This document shows positions 16,437 to 25,653 of a stretch of DNA of 34,746 nucleotides, piece after piece. The stretch lies in the IMG/VR virus record IMGVR_UViG_3300020403_000040, positions 1-34,746 of that record. One strand, given 5' to 3'. A program made the translations under genes and the position numbers. Source of the DNA: a virus (Duplodnaviria > Caudoviricetes). The notes below the pieces were generated by a model. That model was not told the DNA's origin and made no database searches. It worked only from the letters and a program-made list of their open reading frames with translations. Each line of letters opens with the position of its first letter. Position 1 is the stretch's first letter.

Positions 16437-17504
16437 AGTTGGCGAATAGATAATTTAACACTAGTACTAGATATCACTACACACTGTAATGCTAAGTGTC
16501 CACAATGCGCAAGAACTAATGATTGTGAGAAAGGTTTGCCTAAAGTAGATTGGTTACCTTTAACTCATGTTCCTTTAGATGATCTTAAAAAATATTATAC
16601 AAAAGAAGAACTTAAACTTTTTAAAAAAATAGACATGTGTCCATCATGGGGTGACCCGATGATGCATCCTGATATTTTTAACATATCAGATTATTTTCTT
16701 AAAAATATATCAGAAAAAAAATGGTATAGAATAACTACTAATGGTTCTATGAGAGATGAAGAATTTTGGTTTAAGTTTGGATCTCTAGCTCATAAACATC
16801 CAACTAAAAAATTCTTAGTTACGTTTGATGTAGATGGTATAAATCAAGAAATGCATAGTAAGTATAGAAGAAATACAGACCTATCTAAAGTATTAGCTAA
16901 CATGCATGCTTTTTCTCAAAATGGCAAGTCAATAGTAAGATCACAAAGTGTTTTATTTAAACATAATCAAGACTATATTGATGAAATAAAAGAGTTAGTT
17001 AAACAATATGGTAGTAGTAATCATACTTGGATTAAGAGTAGAAGGTTTGTTTTAGATCCACAAACTAAAAAATTTAGACCATCATTCTTTATAAACGAAA
17101 ACGGAGATGCAGACTATCTTGAATGGGCAGACAAAGAATTTGAAAAGGATTATATACCCCATTATAATGAAGAAGATATTAGTGAAGAAGTAAAGTGTAG
17201 ATGGGCGATGACAAATACAATAGAAGTAAATTTTGATGGTCAAGTACATCCATGTTGTTTCTTAGGTAACCCTAGTCCTTTTATGGCTAACATTATTAAA
17301 CATCACGAAGTAATGAAAGCATATGATCGAAAAGAAAATAATGTTAAGTACAATTCATTAACAAATATAATACAGAATAAATGGTTTAGTGAGCAGTTAC
17401 CTAACAGTATAAAATGTGATCCTACTTTACAATGTGTAAATAATTGTAGCACAAAAAATATACCAAGAAAAAATCAACAAATAAGATCTAGAATTAAATT
17501 ATGA
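16434..17504 (+). CDS. Radical SAM protein with C-terminal SPASM/twitch-like domain
   Basis: CNAKCPQC, GDPMMHP, TTNGS, DVDG, C..FDGQVHPCCF, CVNNC; start moved to ATG 16434 because the 16365 start overlaps the divergent gene. Confidence 0.9.
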   Translation: MSWRIDNLTLVLDITTHCNAKCPQCARTNDCEKGLPKVDWLPLTHVPLDDLKKYYTKEELKLFKKIDMCPSWGDPMMHPDIFNISDYFLKNISEKKWYRITTNGSMRDEEFWFKFGSLAHKHPTKKFLVTFDVDGINQEMHSKYRRNTDLSKVLANMHAFSQNGKSIVRSQSVLFKHNQDYIDEIKELVKQYGSSNHTWIKSRRFVLDPQTKKFRPSFFINENGDADYLEWADKEFEKDYIPHYNEEDISEEVKCRWAMTNTIEVNFDGQVHPCCFLGNPSPFMANIIKHHEVMKAYDRKENNVKYNSLTNIIQNKWFSEQLPNSIKCDPTLQCVNNCSTKNIPRKNQQIRSRIKL

Positions 17505-18214
17505 AAACTATAGTATGTATGAAGTGGGGTGATAAGTATGATGGATATGAATCTAAATTATACGACACAGTAAAAGATCAATGTGATAAGTTTATATGTG
17601 TTACTGATAAACCAATTAACGATTATGATATAATTCTTCCTAACGATTATGAAGGTCATGATTGCTTTACTGTAGAAAAATTATTATTGTTTAACGAAGA
17701 TAAAATCGGTCTTGAAGGAGACGATTTTTTATTTTTTGACTTAGATGTTCTTATTCATAATCCTATAGATAGGTTGTGGCACTTACCTATGGATAAACCT
17801 TATCTTATAGAAGGTTATTGGCAAAACCCAGATAACTTTAGAAAGAACTTTGGAAAGAATGGTCAAGGTACAAAATACAATTCATCACTTATGAGATGGA
17901 ACAGAGGACAGTGTAGACCTGTATATGATCAATTTACAAATAATATAGAGTACTTATCCTTTGTATATTTTAGTTTAGATAACTATCTTATTCACAAATG
18001 GTATAGCAAAGATTTTTTCAATACATTTCCAAAAGGTGTTGCCTATTCATGGTATAAAGGAAATACATTTCCAGATGATATAGAGACAAAAGTATTTAGA
18101 GATGATCATATTATATGTATGTTTAATAATTCAGAGTATGATGATGGTATAGACAATACTGAGTTAGAACAGATGACAGATATAGAAGAGTTAAAAGAAC
18201 GTTGGAAGATATAA
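17501..18214 (+). CDS. Glycosyltransferase-like protein (GT-A fold, DxD)
   Basis: IVCMKWGDKY, FICVTD, LFFDLDVLI, YNSSLMRW, YSW. Confidence 0.78.
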   Translation: MKTIVCMKWGDKYDGYESKLYDTVKDQCDKFICVTDKPINDYDIILPNDYEGHDCFTVEKLLLFNEDKIGLEGDDFLFFDLDVLIHNPIDRLWHLPMDKPYLIEGYWQNPDNFRKNFGKNGQGTKYNSSLMRWNRGQCRPVYDQFTNNIEYLSFVYFSLDNYLIHKWYSKDFFNTFPKGVAYSWYKGNTFPDDIETKVFRDDHIICMFNNSEYDDGIDNTELEQMTDIEELKERWKI

Positions 18215-18828
18215 ATGTAATATCTAATTGGATGAATTCATACTATACTACTATAAAATCTCATCCGTTTTTATTTGATAGACTTAAACATTCATTTGAA
18301 ATCTCACAGCTAGAAAGTAAAAGTTGGGTAAGTGAAGAGCTTGACTCTACAGATTTGTATTTTAAAAATACAGTAATTATAGGTGGTTGGTATTGCCATG
18401 TACTTGCTAATATACTAGAACCTTTTACTGATTATATGTGTAATTATGAAACAGATCCAGATGCTGTACAGTTAAGTAAAAGATTTAATAGACATATTAG
18501 TTATAAATTTACTTCTAAACTTAGAGATTTGTATATGGAAGATTTGTATAGATATCACGTCAACAAAGGTAAGATAGAATTGGTAGTTAATACTTCTTGT
18601 GAACATATGTTTCCATTTTATAAATTAAAAGAAAGAATAGAGCATCAAATTAATTCAGTACCTTTGTATGTACTACAATCTACAGACGAAGAAAAATATA
18701 GAGATCATATTAATACAGTTAGAGATGTAGATGAACTAATAGATCAAGCAGGCATTACTAGAGTTTGGTACAAGGGTAAAAAAACTTTATCTAACGGTAT
18801 GAATAGATTTATGGTTATAGGAAAATGA
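18202..18828 (+). CDS. Class I SAM-dependent methyltransferase-like protein
   Basis: SQLESKSW, VIIGGWY, YETDP, VVNTSCEHM, LQST, RFMVIG; TTG start uncertain. Confidence 0.7.
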   Translation: MEDINVISNWMNSYYTTIKSHPFLFDRLKHSFEISQLESKSWVSEELDSTDLYFKNTVIIGGWYCHVLANILEPFTDYMCNYETDPDAVQLSKRFNRHISYKFTSKLRDLYMEDLYRYHVNKGKIELVVNTSCEHMFPFYKLKERIEHQINSVPLYVLQSTDEEKYRDHINTVRDVDELIDQAGITRVWYKGKKTLSNGMNRFMVIGK

Positions 18829-19673
18829 AAAATCTTATTTTTTCTATGTATTTTAAATTAGAAGATGATGAGTTAGATAAAGAAGATTATGAAAAAAATA
18901 TCTTCTCTCGTGATCAACAAGATTATTATCAATCACATCTTTGGCTTAACAAATTAAGTTATAGTAAAAAAAATAATTGTGATTTTATTTTATTTGATGA
19001 TAATGAAGATCTTAATAATTTTTCTAAGCAATTTGATTCTGACATACCAAAATACGTAAAAATAAACTTTTATAAACTTCACTTATTAGATAAACTAGCT
19101 GAAGAGTATGATAATATTCTTTACTTAGATCATGATGTATATATTGATAGCCAAGAAAATATTTTTACTTCTTTAGATTCAAATAAATTACATGTTTGGT
19201 TTGAAGATATTAAAGAAGATATGATAGAGTTTATTCACGTTTATAATAATAGAGAGTTATACAGTAGATCATATATTAGTAAATGTTTATCTTCATACTT
19301 AACTTCTTTTACTTTTGACTGGAAAATAGATTATAAAAAATTTAATACTGGAGTTATTTTTTCTAATTCAGAACAAATAAAAAAATTAAAGTTTAAAAAA
19401 TATTTAGATTTTTTACTTGCACATTATAAAATGATATACTATAATATGGATATTCCTGAAAATTTAAGAAGAAGGTTTCTACTTAATAATGAAGCCTTGT
19501 TTGCAAATATTATTGCTGAAGAAAAAATAGATGTAGAAAACTTAAACGGTAAGTGGCACACTATATTAACAGGAGATAAAAGTAAAGAAACTTTTGATTC
19601 TCATAACAGTAATTTCTACCATTTTATTAATAAACAATTTAAGTGGATTTTATCTGATAGTAAACACCAATAA
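18825..19673 (+). CDS. Glycosyltransferase-like protein (GT-A, GT8/GT34-like)
   Basis: YKLHLL, YDNILYLDHDVYI (DxD), FNTGVIF, NNEALF, WH, FYHFINK. Confidence 0.78.
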   Translation: MKNLIFSMYFKLEDDELDKEDYEKNIFSRDQQDYYQSHLWLNKLSYSKKNNCDFILFDDNEDLNNFSKQFDSDIPKYVKINFYKLHLLDKLAEEYDNILYLDHDVYIDSQENIFTSLDSNKLHVWFEDIKEDMIEFIHVYNNRELYSRSYISKCLSSYLTSFTFDWKIDYKKFNTGVIFSNSEQIKKLKFKKYLDFLLAHYKMIYYNMDIPENLRRRFLLNNEALFANIIAEEKIDVENLNGKWHTILTGDKSKETFDSHNSNFYHFINKQFKWILSDSKHQ

Positions 19674-20076
19674 TTTCTATAATGTCTTTTGATGTTCTTA
19701 TTTTCTTTTTTAGTTCTCTATCTTTACAATTTTCAACTTCTGGCTGCTCAAACACCCACATTTTTAGATTAAATAATTCTTCTTCAGTATAATTTTTAGT
19801 TAATACTAAACTTAGCTCGTCATTAAGACTCATATACTTTTTAAATTTTTCGTACAGTATATGTTCTTTTTCGAAAGCAATATTATATTCTTTGGTATTT
19901 TTTTCTATTTTTTCAATACCACCTGACTCTGATACTATTTTAGAAACTTCAGCGTCTTCTAAATTCATAGTTATAATTTCTGCAGAGTTGTTATCGTAAA
20001 AAACTTTAAGCTGTTTTACTTCATCATGTTCATCATTAATAAAAATACAATTCGCAATATTCACTTTTAACCTCAA
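19639..20076 (-). CDS. Hypothetical protein
   Basis: 145-aa ORF, TTG start overlapping the upstream stop; no recognised motif. Confidence 0.6.
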   Translation of the reverse strand: MRLKVNIANCIFINDEHDEVKQLKVFYDNNSAEIITMNLEDAEVSKIVSESGGIEKIEKNTKEYNIAFEKEHILYEKFKKYMSLNDELSLVLTKNYTEEELFNLKMWVFEQPEVENCKDRELKKKIRTSKDIIEIIGVYYQIKST

Positions 20077-20954
20077 AGTATAAGATAATATGGTTGATGT
20101 ACTACAGCAGAACCTGAAGGTGTACTAAAGGCTTTGTAAACATCACTAGGACCTGGATCAGTACCAGCTGGTGGTTCATCATATGTCTCATCAGTAGTAC
20201 TTAGTCTAGTATCATTAAATGTACCTCTGTTAATAGTACTTAAAGCTGTAGTTACGCTGTAGTATAAATCATTAGACATATTTCTAGTTAATATAGGAAG
20301 TAAAATATTTTGAACTAGATTACTTGACTTAGCTATTTCAACTTCCTTTAATCCTTTATTACTATCTCTAGCTATAGGATAAACATAAGTACCTGGTTCA
20401 ACTGCTACTGATCTTTTTAACCACAACTTATAAGTTGTTGTACCAGTATAAGTAGTATCTACAAACCATGTACCTTTATTAGTCCATGTACCGCTACCTG
20501 GATTAGATGTAGCAACTCTATAAGAGCCAACTTCATCTCCTGTTCTGATATCTGTTATTGTTTGAGTAATAACAGTATTAACTATTTCAGCTTCATCAGC
20601 AGTAATAAAACCTTTATTACCATCTAAAACAACAAAGCCGTTATCATCTAAAGTTAAATCAGATGGTGAACTTGGTATGTTTCTATTTTGATTATATGTA
20701 TAGCTAGTGTCAGTTTCTGTACCTGTACCTGGAAAACTTTGTCTACTAGTTCCTTGATTAAATTCTTGTGTTCTACTAGTATCAGAAGCAGTACCAATAG
20801 TTGTACCAGATCCACCTACAAATATACTACCCTGGCCGCCAGAGTTAAGTTGATCAGAATATGCTTGTCTTAAATAGTAACACATCCTATCTAGATGTGA
20901 GTCAGACATTTCTATTAATCCGCGAAAACCGTCTAACTTAAATGGTCTTGCCAT
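20073..20954 (-). CDS. Putative virion structural protein (Thr/Gly-rich)
   Basis: SD AAGGAG; composition and position in the structural operon; internally repeated G-T-(A/F/WF)-x-D-T units. Confidence 0.55.
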   Translation of the reverse strand: MARPFKLDGFRGLIEMSDSHLDRMCYYLRQAYSDQLNSGGQGSIFVGGSGTTIGTASDTSRTQEFNQGTSRQSFPGTGTETDTSYTYNQNRNIPSSPSDLTLDDNGFVVLDGNKGFITADEAEIVNTVITQTITDIRTGDEVGSYRVATSNPGSGTWTNKGTWFVDTTYTGTTTYKLWLKRSVAVEPGTYVYPIARDSNKGLKEVEIAKSSNLVQNILLPILTRNMSNDLYYSVTTALSTINRGTFNDTRLSTTDETYDEPPAGTDPGPSDVYKAFSTPSGSAVVHQPYYLIL

Positions 20955-20966
20955 ATTATAAACTCC

Positions 20967-22139
20967 TTATGAGGCTTCTAAGCCTGGTTCAGGAAGATCG
21001 CTATCTATTTGTAGTAAGTGACCAGCTATAACAATATTACTGTTGACATCTTTTACAGTAAACATTGTAGTGTCAGTAAATCTTTTATTATCAAAAATAA
21101 GGTCTGAGTCAATTGTTACGCTACCTTTAAAGTGATAATCGCCCTCAAAAATAGTATCACCTACTAAGGAAGTAGAGACAATCTTTCTCCACTCTGCATA
21201 TAGTAAATTACCATTACCATCAGAGTCTATAACAACAAGATTGTTATTAACTCTATAATCAGAGTCAGCATTTCTTAACTCATTCTGAAAATCAGAATCA
21301 TCAGTTACAGAAGCATCTAACCAATAAAGTTGACCAGATTCTGAATCTTTATTTTCAATCCAAAAATTACCATTGTTAAGAGCTTTTTCAGGAGCTGTAG
21401 GTTTAACTATAGGAATATTATTAAGCTCTATAATTTCATATTCATCTCTAGGATTTCTTTGTGTTACTTTATAACCTATAGCTAAAGATCCTGAAAAGTC
21501 TATTAAGTATAGATATGAACCTGAGTGACTAATTAATCTACCGTTTCCAAAAGTTCTTCTAAATCCTGTAGTAGCTAAATCAAAATCTATAATAGTACTT
21601 GCAGAAGAAGAATTTAAGCTTATTGAAGTATTAAGTTCTACTCTTATTACTGGGATATAATGAAAATCTATGTACTTTACAAAATCAGTACTAAAGTTTA
21701 TTGAAGCAGAAGAACCTGTAGTTTTAAAGAAAGTTACACTACTTGCATCTGAAGTAACCTGAGCTGCACCAACTTCAGCTATAGCAGCATTTTTAATTTG
21801 TGTAATAATATCAGAGATTAAACTATCAGAATCTAATACTAGAGACTTACTATTACCATTAATACTATATGTAATAGTTGTAGCATCTGAATCAAAATCT
21901 AGATCAGAAATAGTAATTCTAAAACCAGCAGTATTATCAAAAGCTGCTACTGTTTGAGCATATTGAAAAGTACTAAACATTTGTCGTTTAGTGTATAGTT
22001 TTCTAGTAATAAGGTTTATTGCAATCTCACCTTCAAGTACTTGACTTGGAAGAGGCTGCCCTTCTCCGTTTACACCACTGATTCTTGATCTGCGATGTTG
22101 AACAAAACCTCTTTGTACTTGGGTATCACTATCAATCAT
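20967..22139 (-). CDS. Tail-fibre-like protein with a T4 gp36/gp37-type N-terminal motif
   Basis: QHRRS..PLPSQVLEGEIAINLITRKLYTK resembles the distal fibre N-terminal motif; 9 DS[DE]. Confidence 0.6.
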   Translation of the reverse strand: MIDSDTQVQRGFVQHRRSRISGVNGEGQPLPSQVLEGEIAINLITRKLYTKRQMFSTFQYAQTVAAFDNTAGFRITISDLDFDSDATTITYSINGNSKSLVLDSDSLISDIITQIKNAAIAEVGAAQVTSDASSVTFFKTTGSSASINFSTDFVKYIDFHYIPVIRVELNTSISLNSSSASTIIDFDLATTGFRRTFGNGRLISHSGSYLYLIDFSGSLAIGYKVTQRNPRDEYEIIELNNIPIVKPTAPEKALNNGNFWIENKDSESGQLYWLDASVTDDSDFQNELRNADSDYRVNNNLVVIDSDGNGNLLYAEWRKIVSTSLVGDTIFEGDYHFKGSVTIDSDLIFDNKRFTDTTMFTVKDVNSNIVIAGHLLQIDSDLPEPGLEAS

Positions 22140-23532
22140 CTACTCTAGCTCCTGGTACCAATAACTGAACCATTCCAGGAAAAGGTTCATCGGTAATTAA
22201 TAAAATGTTTCCTGTTTGATCTACAATAGATCCTGTTGATACTTGTTTAAAGACTTGAGCAGGAGAAGCGTCTGCAAAACCATTGTATATTTTAGGTCTA
22301 CCTTGTCCGTCTGAATCTAAGTCAGGTGAGTTAGAGAAAGCTCCATCTGAATCTCTACCAAAGACAGCTTTCAATCTTTTAAACGTATCTCTATTTGATG
22401 CAGTTTCAGCTTGAGTATTAATATAATCATACAAGAAGCTATTAATCTGAATAAGAGCTTCAGAATCATACATTGAATTAGTCATTCTTCTGTATACCTG
22501 AAATACAGGTTGTGATACTGCATCGTCTATATCACTTTGTAAAGTAGAAGGTGCAACTGGTAATATATATTGTCCATTTCTAAGTTCTAATTCACCACCT
22601 ACTGTAAGATCAGGTTTGTTCCATTCAATCCAATCACCTGCTTCAAAGTTATCTTGTCTAGCATTCATAATTTGCTGAGTGCTAATTAGTGTGGTTCTTC
22701 TTAATACCCAACCTCTATCAGGACCTTGATATGTAAAAATTAAAGTATTGTCTTGTGCTGTACTAAAATTAACAAATGACTTACCATCATCAATATCAAA
22801 TTTTTGCCATAGTTTAGGATAGTTGTTATTTACTTCTGAATCGTGTTTAGGGTGAAGAAAGTTTACTCTTTTATATACAGGGTAATATTTTACACCTAAA
22901 TGGTCGGTGAGAGCAACAGCGTCTGAATCTGGATAAGTATCCTGAGCTTCAGGTGTATGAGTCTTCCATTCAGTTATTTGAGTAGTGTTTCTAAACTCAT
23001 AAGGTGTGGTCCATATAGAAATATTTTTATGTTTCCAGCTTGAAAAAGAATCTCTAACTTCAATAACATCTCCAGCTCTTGCTAAAGGTAATACTAAATG
23101 AACTGTTCTACCCTGAGAAACTTCTCTTAGATCAGCTGTAATTCTTTCCCCTCTTGATAAGAAATACCATTCACTGTCTCTAAAAATATCTGGTATACCA
23201 TCCGCATTGCTATCTACAAACTCGCTTTCACTATCTACACCATAACCAAAATTATTAATTGTATCTCTTGGTGTTGTTGGACCACCTGACTTAAAATTAA
23301 CAATAGTATATTTACCTGCAGGATGCAATTCTCCTACTTTATATTCATAATCTCTAAAAGGTCTTCTGTAACCATAGAAAGCGTTATTAGGATCATTACC
23401 AATAGGGTTATCACCGAAGTTAGAATACACGTCAGCAAACATATTGTTGATCTTAAGACCACCTTGTCTAGCAGAATCTCCCGTACCCGAATCTGGTGTT
23501 GTACCTAAATTAATTAAATCTTTTGCAGCCAT
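22132..23532 (-). CDS. Baseplate wedge / fibre connector (T4 gp9/gp10-like)
   Basis: INLGTTPDSGTGDSARQGGLKINNMFADVY, LVLPLARAGDVIEVRD..SW, FTYQGPDRGW. Confidence 0.75.
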   Translation of the reverse strand: MAAKDLINLGTTPDSGTGDSARQGGLKINNMFADVYSNFGDNPIGNDPNNAFYGYRRPFRDYEYKVGELHPAGKYTIVNFKSGGPTTPRDTINNFGYGVDSESEFVDSNADGIPDIFRDSEWYFLSRGERITADLREVSQGRTVHLVLPLARAGDVIEVRDSFSSWKHKNISIWTTPYEFRNTTQITEWKTHTPEAQDTYPDSDAVALTDHLGVKYYPVYKRVNFLHPKHDSEVNNNYPKLWQKFDIDDGKSFVNFSTAQDNTLIFTYQGPDRGWVLRRTTLISTQQIMNARQDNFEAGDWIEWNKPDLTVGGELELRNGQYILPVAPSTLQSDIDDAVSQPVFQVYRRMTNSMYDSEALIQINSFLYDYINTQAETASNRDTFKRLKAVFGRDSDGAFSNSPDLDSDGQGRPKIYNGFADASPAQVFKQVSTGSIVDQTGNILLITDEPFPGMVQLLVPGARVDD

Positions 23533-23536
23533 AATT

Positions 23537-23544
23537 TATTTATT
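23537..23544 (-). promoter_or_regulatory. T4-type late promoter-like box (AATAAATA)
   Basis: In the 14-nt gap after gp15, 4 nt upstream of the ATG at 23532. Confidence 0.55.
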
Positions 23545-23546
23545 TC

Positions 23547-24413
23547 CTAAATCAAACCTAAATCACGAACAATCTTAGTTATATTACCATCTGAATCAGA
23601 TAGATTAATAACTGTTGGACTTACTCTAGAATCACTATCAAGTATTGCATCTGAGTCTGGAGCAGTGAGATTAGCAAAACCTACTTCTGAACCTTCTATT
23701 AATGAAGCTCTATTCAATCCATATAAGTCAGGAACATTACCATCAGAATCTCTAGCAGGTACTGCTATTATAGCTCTAGAATCATAAATTATATTCGTAG
23801 TAACTGCAGGACCATATAAGTAAATTTTAGTAGTAAATTCTAAGTTCCATTCAACTAATCTTCTATCTCCTATATCACCTGTATAATCATCTGACCATGT
23901 AACTGCAGTAAGTATAAAAGGCATATCATAAGTATTAGTAGGTACAGGTGTATCAGAATCAGCATCCAATGGAAAGTTTCTTACCTTTACTGTATATGCA
24001 GGAGTAAAGAAAGGAATTATTTGTTCTATAATTTGCCAACCATCATTTAAATTTTTAGTAGTACAATACATAGTAAAATCTAAATTATAAGGAGTTGGAG
24101 AATGTACTCTTTGTCTAGGAATACCTAAAGCATCGGGAGTTCTAATAACAGTTTGCTTATTAGTTATTTTTCTATCATTATCATAACTCATTGCAACTAC
24201 TTCATAACTTAATCTAGGAAGTAGTTTTTCAAACATTTCTTCTTCACGTTTAAATTGTTTTTGTGCTTCTGCCCATTTAGCTCTAGGACCATAAGAAATA
24301 GGTACAGGTAAAAATTTACCATCTCTTCTTTTTATAACAATATTATTAAACAAGCTGCCAAACACGGCAACAGCTGTTTTAATAGATTCGTTGTAAAAAT
24401 GCTGTCCTATCAT
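23547..24413 (-). CDS. gp15: Tail sheath stabiliser / tail completion protein (gp15)
   Basis: GQHFYNESIK..FGSLFNNI, VPISYGP, LPRLSYE, PTPYNLDF, QIIEQIIPFFTP, LEFTTKIYLYGP. Confidence 0.93.
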   Translation of the reverse strand: MIGQHFYNESIKTAVAVFGSLFNNIVIKRRDGKFLPVPISYGPRAKWAEAQKQFKREEEMFEKLLPRLSYEVVAMSYDNDRKITNKQTVIRTPDALGIPRQRVHSPTPYNLDFTMYCTTKNLNDGWQIIEQIIPFFTPAYTVKVRNFPLDADSDTPVPTNTYDMPFILTAVTWSDDYTGDIGDRRLVEWNLEFTTKIYLYGPAVTTNIIYDSRAIIAVPARDSDGNVPDLYGLNRASLIEGSEVGFANLTAPDSDAILDSDSRVSPTVINLSDSDGNITKIVRDLGLI

Positions 24414-24592
24414 GCTAATATTTTTTCAAATTCTTCTTTTGATAAAGTTACACAAGTAGACTCATCAAGTTTTATTTCTAAAAAATTTCCGTCAATGTTT
24501 ATAACTGTTGCTACTTGAGCTGGATAGTCAATAGGAAGTCCCTCTTCTATACCACTAAAAACTACTATATGTTCTGATCCAACTTTAAACAT
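24410..24592 (-). CDS. Small hypothetical protein
   Basis: 60-aa ORF filling the gp14-gp15 gap, 4-nt overlap with gp15. Confidence 0.55.
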   Translation of the reverse strand: MFKVGSEHIVVFSGIEEGLPIDYPAQVATVINIDGNFLEIKLDESTCVTLSKEEFEKILA

Positions 24593-24600
24593 TTTTTACT

Positions 24601-25653
24601 CTATATATCATCTAAACTATTGATTACTCCAGCATAGCCAAAGGCCTCCGCTGTGTAGTCCTTGGTAACTACATTTCCTTTATCTTTTAATGGTTCACCT
24701 TGATTATCATATTTTGTTTCTTTTTGTGCTCGTTCTTCAATAGCTTTATTGTCCGCCCAAGTATCTAAATGATCATCACTATCATCAGCAATATTAAGAT
24801 TACGTGTTTCAGAATCAGTTAATTCTAGTCCAGTCTTGGCACGTGCGATAGGTCCTGTATCTGAATCAATAAGGTTTTTCTGAGTTCCATCTTTATTATA
24901 TTCAACAACTCTCGGGTTAAATTCAAGGTCTTCTCCACTAAGCTCGAACAATCTACATCTAAGTTTATATTGGTAGTTGTCACCTATTTGGTAAAATGCA
25001 CCATCATGATAAGTAGTTACTCTTAAAATTTCGAAAACTTTTGGAATATATTGCTCTTTATTTTGAGCAGATCTACCAAATGGAATAACTACTAAATCAC
25101 CTTCTAAAGGTCTAGTTCTTTTAAAAGTTTCTGCTTCGTCACTATCTCCTCCAGATTTAAGATCTGAATCAAAACTATTATAAAGTTTTTCAAAATTATT
25201 AATAGCAACGGAAAGTATGACTTCTTCTCTAAACTCAATACCATAAGTAGTCATAATATCACCTTCACCTTCAAAGCCAGCTGCGGCTACTAGGTGAACA
25301 TCCATTTGTAATCCTCTATGAAATCTACTTTCAGGTTTTTCATTCCAAACTTCATCTGAGTATGGAGATGATCTTGGCATGTATCTTACTGTAATGCCAT
25401 TAATATTAATAGATTCTCTAATTAAATTTTGTACTAGTCTTTGTTCGTTCGTTGAGAAACGAGAAGAGGCACCGAATTGGTTGATGTAGCCATCAATATA
25501 AGTATTTCTAATGCCCGCTGAGATGGCATAATCGTCATTGACTTTTTGTATAGATCTGTTGAGGTTAACACCGAAGTCTGAATCATTATCAGCGTCGTTG
25601 AGTGCGGTTGTAGATGCTAGTGTAAAACCTGAATAATTGTTTTTTATTGCCAT
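24601..25653 (-). CDS. gp14: Neck protein (gp14)
   Basis: EQRLVQNLIRESININGITVRYMPR, GFEGEGDIMTTYGIE, RPLEGDLV, FYQIG, YKLRCRLFE. Confidence 0.9.
   Translation of the reverse strand: MAIKNNYSGFTLASTTALNDADNDSDFGVNLNRSIQKVNDDYAISAGIRNTYIDGYINQFGASSRFSTNEQRLVQNLIRESININGITVRYMPRSSPYSDEVWNEKPESRFHRGLQMDVHLVAAAGFEGEGDIMTTYGIEFREEVILSVAINNFEKLYNSFDSDLKSGGDSDEAETFKRTRPLEGDLVVIPFGRSAQNKEQYIPKVFEILRVTTYHDGAFYQIGDNYQYKLRCRLFELSGEDLEFNPRVVEYNKDGTQKNLIDSDTGPIARAKTGLELTDSETRNLNIADDSDDHLDTWADNKAIEERAQKETKYDNQGEPLKDKGNVVTKDYTAEAFGYAGVINSLDDI

Noticed and set aside
6346-19673. Island as a mobile element or DNA hypermodification cluster
   Set aside because: No integrase, transposase or flanking repeats, and no recognisable nucleotide-pathway or DNA-modifying genes; DNA modification is not excluded but is unsupported here
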